Shown piece after piece: positions 1 through 10,181 of a stretch of 64,000 nt of DNA. The notes under the pieces are model-generated. The model was not told the origin of the DNA. It saw nothing but the letters and a program-made list of their open reading frames with translations, and made no database searches. Position numbers and translations under genes: made by a program. The number at the start of each line of letters is the position of its first letter. The stretch's first letter is position 1. The stretch covers positions 6,816,001-6,880,000 of the forward strand of contig OZ244999.1 of the NCBI GenBank assembly GCA_965223265.1, read 5' to 3'. This DNA is from Planctomycetota bacterium (GTDB lineage Bacteria; Planctomycetota; UBA8108; SXIK01).

Positions 1-536
1 GGGCGAAACGCGCGCAGGATACGAACGATGTCGGCCACGGTCTCATCATGCCCCCACGCCTCGTAGGTCTCCTCGACGCTGAAACTGTAACCGAAGTCGA
101 TCACACTCCCGAAGAACTGCTCGACTCCGTCCAAGCGGTGAACAGCGAGTAGCTCTTCGGAGCGCAGAATGCCAATGGCCTGGCGGAGCTCCGGTCCGAT
201 CTCGTTCTGCCCGCCCTCGCCGCGCGTGAGCGTCAAGGTCCCGAGACGATGTCCTTCGCCGCGACCAAGGCGTGCAAGCAGGGCGCTGTCCTCATCGTCC
301 GGGTGCGCCGTGATGTAGAGGAGAGAAGCCGTCGACTGGAGACGCCGGAGCGCCAGCCCCAGACCGACGTCGCCACGATCCACAAAGAGGGGCTCGTGCT
401 GGGCGCGAGCGGGCAAAGTAGGGAGCAGCGTCACGACGATACAAACCGCAGCGAACCTCTCGCGCGTCCAGCGAAGGCATCGTCTGCGTCGAGACGCGGG
501 CTCAGACAAGCACGTTGAAGTCGACGGTGCGTTCAT
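1..536 (-). CDS. PIG-L/LmbE family deacetylase (N-terminal part, runs off window)
   Basis: Not in the ORF track. Manual translation from ATG at 536 gives a signal-like N-terminus, then LLYITAHPDDED, LTLTRGEGGQNEIGPE, LRSEELLA and DFGYSFS, all typical PIG-L motifs. Confidence 0.9.
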   Translation of the reverse strand, partial: MNAPSTSTCLSEPASRRRRCLRWTRERFAAVCIVVTLLPTLPARAQHEPLFVDRGDVGLGLALRRLQSTASLLYITAHPDDEDSALLARLGRGEGHRLGTLTLTRGEGGQNEIGPELRQAIGILRSEELLAVHRLDGVEQFFGSVIDFGYSFSVEETYEAWGHDETVADIVRILRAFR

Positions 537-642
537 CGCTGTGTGGCGACACCTCTGACTCGATCCGAAGCGGCGACGGCATAGGCAACTGTAACGATGC
601 GAGCGCGAGTGAGTCCACCGCACCACCCTCGTGAAACCGGCA

Positions 643-1941
643 TCAGCTGCGCCCCTCAGCAGCGGCGACCTCTTCCAGCGCCGCGCCGATCGCCTCTCCA
701 ATGCGATCGATGTCGTCGTCGGTGTGCGCCAGCGAGAGAAAAAACGCCTCGTACTGCGACGGCGGAAACGCCACGCCGCGCGCCAGCAGGGCGTGAAAGA
801 ACTTGCCATACAAATCGGTGCGAACGCCGTCAAGTGAATCGAGACTCACCACAGGGCCTGGTGCGAAGAACAGTGTCGCCATCGAACCGACGCGCTGATA
901 AGAAAGCGGAAGATCGGCGCTCGCAAGTGCTCGCATGACGTGACCCTCAAGACGCTCCGCCTTCGCCTCAAGCTCACGGTAGACGTCACCGCGACCGAGC
1001 ACAGCGAGCGTCGCCAGACCAGCAGCAGTGGCGAGCGGATTGCCGGACAGCGTCCCGGCCTGGTAGACCGGCCCCTCGGGCGCCAGCTGACTGACGATCT
1101 CGCGACGACCTCCGACGGCTGCGAGCGGCATGCCACCGCCGACCACCTTGCCGAGCGTCGTCAGATCCGGTGCGACGTCGTAAAACTGCTGCGCGCCGCC
1201 GCGAGCAACGCGAAAACCTGTCATGACCTCGTCGAGAATCAGGAGCGCCCCGTGTCGCGTGCAAAGATCGCGCAAGGTCGTGAGAAACCCAGGCCGCGGC
1301 GGTACGGTGCCCATGTTGCCGGCGATCGGCTCAACGATGACCGCGGCAATCTCCGGTCCGAACTCGCTAAAGAGGCGCGAGACGTCGTCAACGTCGTTGA
1401 ATCGAGCCGTTAGAGTCAACTCCGCGAGCGCGCGCGGCACCCCCGGGCTCGACGGCACCCCCAGGGTCAACGCGCCGGACCCGGCCTGAATCAAGAAGCT
1501 GTCGGCGTGACCGTGGTAACAACCGGCGAACTTGACGATGCGATCGCGTCCTGTGACGCCGCGCGCCAGTCGAATCGCCACCATGCACGCCTCGGTGCCG
1601 GAGTTCGTCAGACGCACAAGCTCAACGCTCGGCACTCGGTCGCAGATCGTCTCCGCCAGCTCGACTTCCGCCGCAGTCGGAGCACCGAACGTCCAGCCAC
1701 CCGCGATTGCCGCCCGAAGCGCCTCCTCGACCTCGGGGTGGCGATGCCCGAGAATCAGTGGCCCCCATGAGCCGACACAGTCGATCAGCTCGCGCCCAGC
1801 GACGTCGACGACACGTGCGCCTTCGCCGCGCGCGTAAAAGACCGGAGACCCGCCCACCGACCCAAAGGCGCGGACGGGTGAGTTCACCCCTCCGGGAATC
1901 GACTTTTTGGCTCGTTCGAAAAGTTCTTCGTTCTGATTCAT
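643..1941 (-). CDS. hemL: glutamate-1-semialdehyde 2,1-aminomutase
   Basis: IPGGVNSPVRAF, NSGTEA, GCYHGHAD, DEVMTGFR, PLP Lys in TLGKVVGGG, YQAGTLSGNPLA. Confidence 0.97.
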   Translation of the reverse strand: MNQNEELFERAKKSIPGGVNSPVRAFGSVGGSPVFYARGEGARVVDVAGRELIDCVGSWGPLILGHRHPEVEEALRAAIAGGWTFGAPTAAEVELAETICDRVPSVELVRLTNSGTEACMVAIRLARGVTGRDRIVKFAGCYHGHADSFLIQAGSGALTLGVPSSPGVPRALAELTLTARFNDVDDVSRLFSEFGPEIAAVIVEPIAGNMGTVPPRPGFLTTLRDLCTRHGALLILDEVMTGFRVARGGAQQFYDVAPDLTTLGKVVGGGMPLAAVGGRREIVSQLAPEGPVYQAGTLSGNPLATAAGLATLAVLGRGDVYRELEAKAERLEGHVMRALASADLPLSYQRVGSMATLFFAPGPVVSLDSLDGVRTDLYGKFFHALLARGVAFPPSQYEAFFLSLAHTDDDIDRIGEAIGAALEEVAAAEGRS

Positions 1942-2078
1942 TCCGATTCACTCAGCTTTCTTCTGCGACGCGCCAGCCCACTCACGCCGGACACAGCACT
2001 GATTCTTCTTGTTGACGACATCTGCTGAGATCTGCGCCGCGCATCGCGGCCATCATACTGCGAAGGCCTGGATGCAGT

Positions 2079-3158
2079 TCACGGCGGCACAGAAAACGCC
2101 TTAGCCTCCTCGACGAAGACCTCCACCGCCTCGATCGGTGTGTCGCGGTGAATGCCGTGCCCAAGGTTGAGGACGTGACCAGCATCGGGCGCCATACTTT
2201 GGAGCAGCTCTCGCGTCTTGCGGCGGATCACTGCAGCGGGCGCAAAGAGTGTCGCCGGGTCGAGGTTCCCTTGGAGTGCCAGCCCAGAGCCAACGCGCTC
2301 GCGTACCGACGCCAGCGGCTCCCGCCAGTCAACACTGAGCGCCGTCGCCCCACTCTGCGCCATGCTCGTGAGTAAATGGGGACCACCGTTGACGTAGAGG
2401 ATTCCCGGCGCGCGGCACTCCGCGACGCGGGCGAAAATGCGCTTCTGGTAAGGCAACGCGAACTCGTTGTAGGCTTCAAGACTGAGGATTCCTGCCCACG
2501 TGTCGAACAGCTGCACGGCGTCAGCGCCGGCATCGATCTGTAGCGACAGATAATCACAGGTCGCGTCCGTCAAACGCGCGAGCAGGTCGTGCAGTAGATG
2601 CGGATCTTCGACTGCCAAACGCCGAATGCGCTCGCCACCGCGAAACTCCCCCTCCACCAAATACGTTGCCAGAGTGAATGGAGCACCGGCGAAACCAAGC
2701 ACCGCGAGCGCGGGAGAGACTTCACTGCGCAAAGCTTTGAGCGAATCGAGAACGACGCCAATTCCGCGTTTGGGATCGCGCGCTTCCAGGTCGGGGGGAT
2801 GTAAAGCCTCGACATGCGAGCGTTCTCTGATCGGGTGAAGGAACGCAGGCCCGCGATCATCGAATCGCAGAGGCGCTCCCATCGCCTCGGGTAGAAACAG
2901 TATGTCGTAAAAAACGATCGCCGCGTCGAATTCGAACCTCCGCAGCGGCTGCAGCGAAATCTCAACCGCCAGTTCTGGTGACGTACACATCTCAACGAAC
3001 GTGTGACGTCGACGAAGCTCCTGATACTCGGGCAGGTAGCGCCCAGCCTGGCGCATGATCCACACTGGTGGTCGATCGCGATTCTGCCGCCGGCAGGCGC
3101 GAAGGAAAAGCGAGGTAACAGGGTCTTGAGAGGCGTTGCGTGACAACGGTGTCCTCAA
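2079..3158 (-). CDS. hemE: uroporphyrinogen decarboxylase
   Basis: PVWIMRQAGRYLPEY, GFAGAPFTLATY, QLFDTWAG, LQGNLDP, NLGHGI; exact start uncertain. Confidence 0.96.
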   Translation of the reverse strand: MRTPLSRNASQDPVTSLFLRACRRQNRDRPPVWIMRQAGRYLPEYQELRRRHTFVEMCTSPELAVEISLQPLRRFEFDAAIVFYDILFLPEAMGAPLRFDDRGPAFLHPIRERSHVEALHPPDLEARDPKRGIGVVLDSLKALRSEVSPALAVLGFAGAPFTLATYLVEGEFRGGERIRRLAVEDPHLLHDLLARLTDATCDYLSLQIDAGADAVQLFDTWAGILSLEAYNEFALPYQKRIFARVAECRAPGILYVNGGPHLLTSMAQSGATALSVDWREPLASVRERVGSGLALQGNLDPATLFAPAAVIRRKTRELLQSMAPDAGHVLNLGHGIHRDTPIEAVEVFVEEAKAFSVPP

Positions 3159-3502
3159 ATCTCCGCGCCAGGAAGGGTTCGCCGCGCCGTGGTCGCATCG
3201 TCACCGAGACTCATAAGACGCGCTGCGAGCAGTTCATAGAAGAAACCGTTTTGCCCGATATAGGTGCAGAATACCAGTCTCGGAAACGCCGGAAACCCGA
3301 CGCATCGGCGGTTCACGCGCCTACGTGCGATTCAGCGCCGGTTTTGTCTTTCGCTCTCGGGTTCGGTAAGATAGTTTTCTTGGCCTGATTCTGGCCTCGA
3401 GTTTGGCCCGAACGCACCGAAGCCACAACCCGCTCATGCAGGCGCCACCGCGGAAGCGTCGTCGAGTCAACGCCGCTGGATTGAATTCTTCAGACGTAGC
3501 GC

Positions 3503-4933
3503 ATGGAATTCCTTGTTTTCGGCCTCAACCACCGCACCGCACCGCTCGAAGTCCGCGAGCGATGGGCGGTCTCTTCGAACGATGCGCCCACCTTGCTCAA
3601 AGGCCTGCGCGGTCGTCTCGAGAAGTCGGAGCACCTTGTCCTATCGACCTGCAACCGGACAGAGTTCTATTGCAGTGTTCCGATGGGGAGCGCACCTTTT
3701 CGGACCGGCGGTAGCGGGCACATTGCGAGTGCTGCTACTAACGGGCAGAAGCTCATCGAGAACGCTCGGCGCGGCGCTCTCGATTTCTATCGCAGTGCAC
3801 GCCAACTAGCGCGGGACGACAATACCGCAACGCCGGATCCAGGTTGTTTCTATCTCTACCGACAAGAGGTGGCGCTCGAGCATCTCTTCCGCCTTGCGGG
3901 CGGCCTCGATTCGATGATTCTCGGCGAGACCCAGATCCTCAAGCAACTCAAGGACGCATTCGCGATCGCGCAGCAGGCTGAGTCTGCCGGCCGGTTTTTC
4001 CATAGAGTCTTTCCCGCCGCTCTGCGCGTCGGCAAGCTGGTGCGTACGACCACCTCGATCACGGACGGGTGTATCACTCCCGGGCAGGCTGCGTTGGCTT
4101 TGGCGCGACAGGTGCTCCGTGACCTCCGCGGGCACAAGTTGGCCGTCGTCGGCTCGGGAAAGATCGCTCGGCTGGCACTCCAGGCGGCCGACGCAGAGTC
4201 GCTCGAGTGCCACGTTCTGAACCGCACCTTCGCCAACGCCAACGAACTCGTCTGCGAAGTCGGCGCTGGAACAGCGCGTGATTGGACACAGCTGCGAGAG
4301 GTTCTAGCCGACGTCGACATCATCGTCTCAACAACGGGGTCGGTCGAGCCGATCATGACACGCGTCCAGCTCGAAGCGATTCAACGACAACGGCACGGGC
4401 GTCAGCTCGTCGTGGTGGACCTCGCCATCCCGCGTGATTTTGAACCTGAGGCGGCGACCGTTCCAGGTGTCACGCTCTTCAACCTGGACGACCTCAACGA
4501 GGTGATCCAAGAAAACGTTGAGCGCAGACACCAAGAGATCCCTCACGCCGAACGCATTATCCGTGACGAGCTGAGCAGCTTCCAGGGCAGCATGATCTAC
4601 ATGCAGGTCGACCCTGTGCTCAAGCATCTCGTGCACCGCTTCGAACAGATTCGTTTGGGAGTGCTCCAGTCGCACCTCGATCACTTCCCATCGGATTTGC
4701 ACGGTAAAGTCGATCAGCTCACGAATGCGCTGATGAAGAAGCTGCTGCACTTCCCCATCGAAAAACTGAAATCGCTGCGCAACATTCGCGACCTGGACGA
4801 AGCTGAGGTGAGGTTTCTCCAGCGCTTGTTCCTCACCGACCCACCTGCGCCATCGTTTCGAGCTTCTGATTCCCGGCAGGATCCTCCTGACTTTCCGTCT
4901 GACGGCCCCGCGGAGGATCGCCCCCGCCGGTGA
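3503..4933 (+). CDS. hemA: glutamyl-tRNA reductase
   Basis: GLNHRTAPLEVRE, catalytic LSTCNRTE, GLDSMILGETQILKQ, DLAIPRD. Confidence 0.95.
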   Translation: MEFLVFGLNHRTAPLEVRERWAVSSNDAPTLLKGLRGRLEKSEHLVLSTCNRTEFYCSVPMGSAPFRTGGSGHIASAATNGQKLIENARRGALDFYRSARQLARDDNTATPDPGCFYLYRQEVALEHLFRLAGGLDSMILGETQILKQLKDAFAIAQQAESAGRFFHRVFPAALRVGKLVRTTTSITDGCITPGQAALALARQVLRDLRGHKLAVVGSGKIARLALQAADAESLECHVLNRTFANANELVCEVGAGTARDWTQLREVLADVDIIVSTTGSVEPIMTRVQLEAIQRQRHGRQLVVVDLAIPRDFEPEAATVPGVTLFNLDDLNEVIQENVERRHQEIPHAERIIRDELSSFQGSMIYMQVDPVLKHLVHRFEQIRLGVLQSHLDHFPSDLHGKVDQLTNALMKKLLHFPIEKLKSLRNIRDLDEAEVRFLQRLFLTDPPAPSFRASDSRQDPPDFPSDGPAEDRPRR

Positions 4934-5010
4934 GATGGAAACGTAAGGACTCAATAGGCCTTCGAGGCAGCGTTTCCAACGACCGCACTCGCCTGATCAA
5001 TAGGTAGGTC

Positions 5011-5955
5011 ATGAAGAATCGCCGTCAGCTACGCCTCGGCACGCGTGGGAGCCCTTTAGCGTTGTGGCAAGCCCGCTGGATCGCAGAACGGCTGCAGGAA
5101 ACGACGCAGCGGAGCGTAGAGCTACATGTCGTCAAGACGGTCGCCGAGAAGTTCCCTGAGCGCAGTCTCACAGCCATGGGTGTTGGCGTCTTCACCAGGG
5201 AACTCGACGACGTGCTCCTTCGCGGTGAGATTGACTTAGCTGTTCACAGCTTGAAGGACGTGCCGTCAGAGCTTCACCCGCAGCTGACGATCGCGGCCGT
5301 GCCGCTGCGCGCGAGCGCATGGGACGCATGGATCTCCGCCGACGGCGTGAAGTTCGGCGCGCTGCCGCCTGGCAGCCGCATCGGGACAGCAAGTCCGCGG
5401 CGACAGGCGCAGCTGCTCGCGTATCGCCGCGATCTCGAGTTCACACCGCTACGCGGCAACATCGACACGCGCCTCGAAAAGATGCGCCAGCTCGGACTCG
5501 GAGGCATCGTCCTCGCGCAAGCAGGGCTCGAACGTTTAGGTCGGGGCGATCTAATCACCGAGGCGCTCGAGCTCGAATACCTCGTGCCAGCGGTAGCGCA
5601 GGGAGCACTCGCGGTCATGACCCGGCTCGACAACCTTTCGCTGCGTGAGGAGCTGTGTGCCCTCGAGGATGTCCAGAGTCGAACGTGTGTCGACTGTGAG
5701 CGATCTTTTCTGCAGCGTCTGCGCGGCGGTTGTCAGGTACCGGCTGGGGCCTACGCGAGGTACGTCGACGGGGGTCGAGTGCACATCGTTGGAGCGCTGG
5801 CGACGACTGACGGCCGTACATGTTTGCGCGATGAGCTCGAGGGTGCGAGTGCAGACGCCGCAGCGCTGGGCGCCCTTTTAGCGCAGCGATTGATCGGCGC
5901 CGGCGGCGAAGCCATTCTCGCCGAGCTACGAGGAGGCGGCGCTGTTGAGAGCTGA
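5011..5955 (+). CDS. hemC: hydroxymethylbilane synthase (porphobilinogen deaminase)
   Basis: GTRGSPLALWQA, DLAVHSLKDVP, RGNIDTRL, LRGGCQVP. Confidence 0.96.
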   Translation: MKNRRQLRLGTRGSPLALWQARWIAERLQETTQRSVELHVVKTVAEKFPERSLTAMGVGVFTRELDDVLLRGEIDLAVHSLKDVPSELHPQLTIAAVPLRASAWDAWISADGVKFGALPPGSRIGTASPRRQAQLLAYRRDLEFTPLRGNIDTRLEKMRQLGLGGIVLAQAGLERLGRGDLITEALELEYLVPAVAQGALAVMTRLDNLSLREELCALEDVQSRTCVDCERSFLQRLRGGCQVPAGAYARYVDGGRVHIVGALATTDGRTCLRDELEGASADAAALGALLAQRLIGAGGEAILAELRGGGAVES

Positions 5956-6050
5956 GATAGATGCGACGCTTGCGAGCAAACCATCGACGCGCAGGACCGA
6001 ACGGGGACGACGGGCCCGGGACTGAGCAGAGAAACTGAGCAGAGAAGACG

Positions 6051-6842
6051 ATGGCGATGCGTAGCAACCTCAAAAACCGAATCGTGGTGGTGACGAGGAG
6101 CCGCGAAGAGAATCGACGCCTGGCCGCACGCCTGCGAGAGTACGGAGCGAGCGTCATCGAAGTCCCGACCCTGCGCTTTGTCCCGACGCCGCCTTCTCCC
6201 GAAACTAACGCGCTCATTGCAACTGCGGACGTCTACACCCACGTCGCATTCACCAGTCCACGCGCGGTCCGTTTCTTCGCTGCGCGTCTCGAGGACTCCA
6301 CGGTCGCGCCGGAGGGCTGGAGGCGTCTCGCAACGGCTGTCGTCGGACCGCAGACGGCGAGGGCCGCGCTGCAGTACGGCTGGAACCCAACGATTGAGTC
6401 GAGGGGCGGCGGCGCAGCGCTGGCGCGGGCGCTCGCCCCGAGTGGTGCCGTTGAAAAGAACACCCACGTGCTACTCCCGGTGTCAGCCATCGCCTCGTCC
6501 GATCTAGCCGAGACGCTCGTGAGCGCAGGCGCCCAGGTCACACGACTCATCGTCTACGAAACGCAGACTGAGGGACCCGATGCGGCGACGGCGCTCCTAA
6601 CGCACCTCAACGCGCATCGCGCGCCCGATGCGATCGCGTTCGCCAGCCCCTCGGCCGTAAGCACGTTTCTCCTCCTCACTGGCGCACCCGGCCAAGCGAT
6701 GCTCGCAGACAAAAACGTTCGGATCGTATCGATCGGTCCGACGACATCTTCCGCCGTCACTGCGGCTGGCCATCACGTGGACGCGGAGGCGGCACAGCCC
6801 GGCATGGACGAGTTGGTGCAGGCGATCGCGACGGTGCTGTGA
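6051..6842 (+). CDS. hemD: uroporphyrinogen-III synthase
   Basis: VVTRS, FTSPRAV, VGPQTA, VYET, FASPSAV, SIGPTT motifs; follows hemC. Confidence 0.9.
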   Translation: MAMRSNLKNRIVVVTRSREENRRLAARLREYGASVIEVPTLRFVPTPPSPETNALIATADVYTHVAFTSPRAVRFFAARLEDSTVAPEGWRRLATAVVGPQTARAALQYGWNPTIESRGGGAALARALAPSGAVEKNTHVLLPVSAIASSDLAETLVSAGAQVTRLIVYETQTEGPDAATALLTHLNAHRAPDAIAFASPSAVSTFLLLTGAPGQAMLADKNVRIVSIGPTTSSAVTAAGHHVDAEAAQPGMDELVQAIATVL

Positions 6843-7002
6843 CCGTCCGTCCACCGGCCAGCCTCACAGCATCACACGTGAAGTCCGCCGCGACGCCCCA
6901 CAGCCGCCGATCAAACCTCAGGACATGGGTTTCTCAACCCTTCGTGCGAAAAACTCATGCGACTGCAGGGACCGATTCCCTCTTCGGTGCTCGATCCGGT
7001 CG

Positions 7003-8214
7003 TTACGACTTCATGTCCCGGTAGAACGTCGCGCCGAGGGCAATGAAAACGCTTGGAGCGAGCCACGACCCCACACGTGCAGGTATGTGGCCGCTCACAC
7101 CGAGCTCTTGAAACATCGAGTGCGTGAGGTGGTAGGAAGCGGCGACGAGGACCGAGAGAATCGCACCGACGAAGACGTTTCGTTGACCAAATCGGACAAC
7201 GATCGGCAGTCCCAGAAAGACCAAAATGAAACTGACAGCAGGCGTTGAGAAACGTCCCATGTACTTGACGACCCAGAGACTCTGATCCGGCGCATCACGT
7301 GTACGGCGGCGGAGATCCGCAAGACTCATGTAGACGGACTGTTCCTCTCGCAGCTCAAAAAACTCCGGCACCAGATTGGTCTCGATAGGGAGCTCGTCGA
7401 ACGCCATCGACAACTCCGGAACCTCGCCCTCGGAGGCGGCGGTGGGGACGATCAACTCACGGTCCTCGCTGTAGCGCTGCACGCGGCCGTCGAGGAGAGT
7501 GAAAAGCGGCGAACCGTCGCCGGCATCGCGCCACACTGCACGTTCAGCATTGATCAAACGCCGTGCTCCCGCACTCTGCCACACCGGGAGAACCAACACA
7601 CCATGGCACTCCTTGGTCATACGGTCGAAGCTGCGGACCGAAATCAGGTTGCCGTGGCTGCGGTCGGGATAATTGAAGTTTTCATAGGTCATGCGCCCGC
7701 TGCGCGACTTGAGCGCCCGTTCGATCGACTCGACAGATCGGGGAATCCACAACTCCTGCAGAGCAAACGTGCAGAGCGAGATGGCGGCGCTCCCGAGAAC
7801 AATCGGCATCAAAGTCCGCTGGAGGCTACGCCCAGAAGCCTGAATCGGGACGACTTCGTTCGCACGCTGAAACGTGGTGACCGCAAAGAGTGCCGAGGCG
7901 ACCGCAGTGACCGGGCCGAGAATCTGACAAAAAGTAACCGGCACCATCGAGACATAGTAGCCGAAGCAAGCGGCGGCGAGTGACCGCAGGTCGCCCCCTT
8001 CGTTCTGCCGCGCGAATCGCTCAAAGTGGTTGACCAGGTCGATCACTACGTAGAGAAACGTGAACGAGAAAACGCACGCAAGGTAGATCGACAAGAATCG
8101 TTTGAAGACGTAACCGTCGAGCGTCTGAATCAGGCTTCTTCGGTGCCGCTTCGTCTCAGAATTTCGTCCGCTTTGACTGGGCATGCAGCGCGTACTCGGG
8201 TCGTTAGTGGCCAA
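7003..8214 (-). CDS. LptF/LptG (YjgP/YjgQ) family permease
   Basis: LDGYVFKRFL start, three N-terminal TM helices, NEVVPIQASGRS motif, periplasmic domain, three C-terminal TM helices. Confidence 0.85.
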   Translation of the reverse strand: MATNDPSTRCMPSQSGRNSETKRHRRSLIQTLDGYVFKRFLSIYLACVFSFTFLYVVIDLVNHFERFARQNEGGDLRSLAAACFGYYVSMVPVTFCQILGPVTAVASALFAVTTFQRANEVVPIQASGRSLQRTLMPIVLGSAAISLCTFALQELWIPRSVESIERALKSRSGRMTYENFNYPDRSHGNLISVRSFDRMTKECHGVLVLPVWQSAGARRLINAERAVWRDAGDGSPLFTLLDGRVQRYSEDRELIVPTAASEGEVPELSMAFDELPIETNLVPEFFELREEQSVYMSLADLRRRTRDAPDQSLWVVKYMGRFSTPAVSFILVFLGLPIVVRFGQRNVFVGAILSVLVAASYHLTHSMFQELGVSGHIPARVGSWLAPSVFIALGATFYRDMKS

Positions 8215-8322
8215 GAATCCTACCGCAGCCCCGGCTGGAAATCGACGCCCCCGACGCCGCTACGCGCGACGCCGGTGTCTTCAGGAGTCTCGAGCCGTCA
8301 ACCGAGTTTAACCTTAACTTAA

Positions 8323-8576
8323 CCTCGAGTTTGGCGATTTCGCGCCGGCCTGGCCGGACGAGTTTCGCGGGAATTCAAAGGCCCTTTCAACTTTTTAGTA
8401 CCCTGAGAACCCTTGTGCATGTTCAAAAACTCCTGTCCGGCCCTTCGGGGAACGCCAGGAGCGCCGATGCCTGCGCCCGTCCTCCGCCACGACCCGAGCG
8501 GGATCGCGCCCGAGTCGCTCCTTGGCCTCGACGCTCCTGGCGCTGGCAGGCTCGACGCGAAATGGCCAAACTCGAG
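8323..8576 (+). mobile_element. MITE family A, 254 bp
   Basis: Terminal inverted repeats CTCGAGTTTGGCGATTTCGCG / CGCGAAATGGCCAAACTCGAG, flanked by TTAA on both sides (8319-8322, 8577-8580); near-identical inverted copy at 21125-21378. Confidence 0.9.
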
Positions 8577-8580
8577 TTAA

Positions 8581-8752
8581 CAACCCGCCTGAAAAAGTCA
8601 TTCGGCCGAGAAACTGGCCTCTTCACGCCCAGCTCCGAGCCTCGCGGTGCACATCTTATAGAAGAGGGCTCGGAGTTTACCTACGTTCGCTGCGACCGAT
8701 CTGGACGCGAAGCGACCAGTTTTCGACTCGAAGCACTTTTTCAGGCGGGCTG
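8581..8752 (+). mobile_element. MITE family B, 172 bp
   Basis: TIRs CAACCCGCCTGAAAAAGT / ACTTTTTCAGGCGGGCTG; both ends match the element at 16973-17074 in the opposite orientation. Confidence 0.85.
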
Positions 8753-9023
8753 CCAACGCCACGAAACGAAGGGTAAGCCAAGGCGCGGAGCGCGTCGTCA
8801 GCGCACCTTGTGCCGCACGGGCACGCGGCGCGCTCGCGCTCGCGCCCGCGTCGGCACCCTCGACGCGCCCGAACTCGCAACAGGAGAGCGGATTTCGCCG
8901 ACATTCTTTCACAGTCTGTGGCGTCCAGCACCGTGGGGTGTCCCCCCCACTAGTTTCCCCTTTCCCAGCTCACCATGTCGCTTATAATTCAAGGTCTGCC
9001 ATCGTTTCGACAGAGTCAGGATA

Positions 9024-10076
9024 ATGAGTCAAGCTGCCAAAGAAACAATGCGCCGTGCCGTGCCGGATTGGGAGACGCTGACGTTCTCGCTCACCGAGAC
9101 GGACTATATGTACCGTTCACTTGGTGATCTCGAGCGCGCGCCAGTGTGGGATGACGGCGAATTCGTTCCGTTCGGCGACATCACCCTGAGCCCGGCGGCC
9201 GCGTTCATGTCGTACGGCATGGGTGTCTTCGAGGGTCTCAAGGCGCAGCGCTGCGACGATGGACGCGTCCTCCTGTTTCGACCGCAGAAAAACGGCGAGC
9301 GCATGCAAAACTCAGCCGAGCGTTTGAGCATGCCACCGTTTCCGGTCGAGCAATTCGTCGACGCCGTCGTTGAGGTGACGCGGCGCAACTTGCGATTCGT
9401 GCCTCCCGCTGACAAAGGCTCCCTGTACCTCCGCCCGATGCAGCACGCGATCGAGCCGAAGCTCGGGCTGGGGCCGTGCAGACTGTTCAGTGTTCTCATT
9501 TTCGCCAGCCCTGTCGGCTCCTATTTCACCGGTGGCGCCGAGTCTGGCGTCCGCCTTCGCGTACTCGAGCAGGGACGCGTCGCACCCGGCGGCACTGGGG
9601 CCTCTAAGGCGATGGGTAACTACGCAGGCGCGATCTGGGTGGCTTCGCAGTGGAAGGAGCAGGGATTCGATGACGTCATGTACTTGGACTCCCGACACGT
9701 CTCCTACGCCACTGAAACCAGCGGCTCGAACATCTTCTTGAAACGTAAAGACGGCGTCATCGTGACCCCTGCGCTCAACGACCAGATTCTTCCCGGCGTG
9801 ACGCGCGATTCCACGGTTCAGGCGGCTCGCGACATTCTCGGAATCGACGTCGAAGAACGCCCCCTGACGATCGACGAGATCATCGCCGACGGAGAAGAGC
9901 TTTTTTGCACGGGAACTGCCTGGACGATTCAAAGCGTGCGTGAAATCGTCTACCGCGACCAAGCGGTCGCCTTCCAGCAAAATCAGACCTGTAAGGCTCT
10001 GCTCGAGATTCTCCGAGGAATTCAAACGGGGACCCGAGAAGACCCCTTCGGCTGGGCTGTCGAGGTCACGGAGTAG
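9024..10076 (+). CDS. ilvE: branched-chain amino acid aminotransferase
   Basis: YGMGVFEGLKA, LFRP, SLYLRP, PLP Lys in SKAMGNY, ILPGVTRDS, FCTGTA. Confidence 0.93.
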   Translation: MSQAAKETMRRAVPDWETLTFSLTETDYMYRSLGDLERAPVWDDGEFVPFGDITLSPAAAFMSYGMGVFEGLKAQRCDDGRVLLFRPQKNGERMQNSAERLSMPPFPVEQFVDAVVEVTRRNLRFVPPADKGSLYLRPMQHAIEPKLGLGPCRLFSVLIFASPVGSYFTGGAESGVRLRVLEQGRVAPGGTGASKAMGNYAGAIWVASQWKEQGFDDVMYLDSRHVSYATETSGSNIFLKRKDGVIVTPALNDQILPGVTRDSTVQAARDILGIDVEERPLTIDEIIADGEELFCTGTAWTIQSVREIVYRDQAVAFQQNQTCKALLEILRGIQTGTREDPFGWAVEVTE

Positions 10077-10181
10077 CGACAGCCGACGGCGGCTCTCCTC
10101 GTAGCTCGACTCAAGAACGCCGATCCAGGCCAACCAAGTCGAAACATCTTCTCTTTAGCCGGTTGAAACGCCATCCCACCC

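Noticed and set aside
3395-3408. CCTCGAGTTTGGCC match to the MITE A terminus, or a sigma54 box before hemA
   Set aside because: No partner end or internal similarity, and no TTGC at the -12 position.
6021-6046. 13-bp tandem duplication ACTGAGCAGAGAA before hemD
   Set aside because: Only two copies, likely slippage, with no functional evidence.
8331-8987. 218-aa ORF (and 20903-21385, 16885-17238)
   Set aside because: These are read-throughs of MITE A/B sequence with no recognisable domain.
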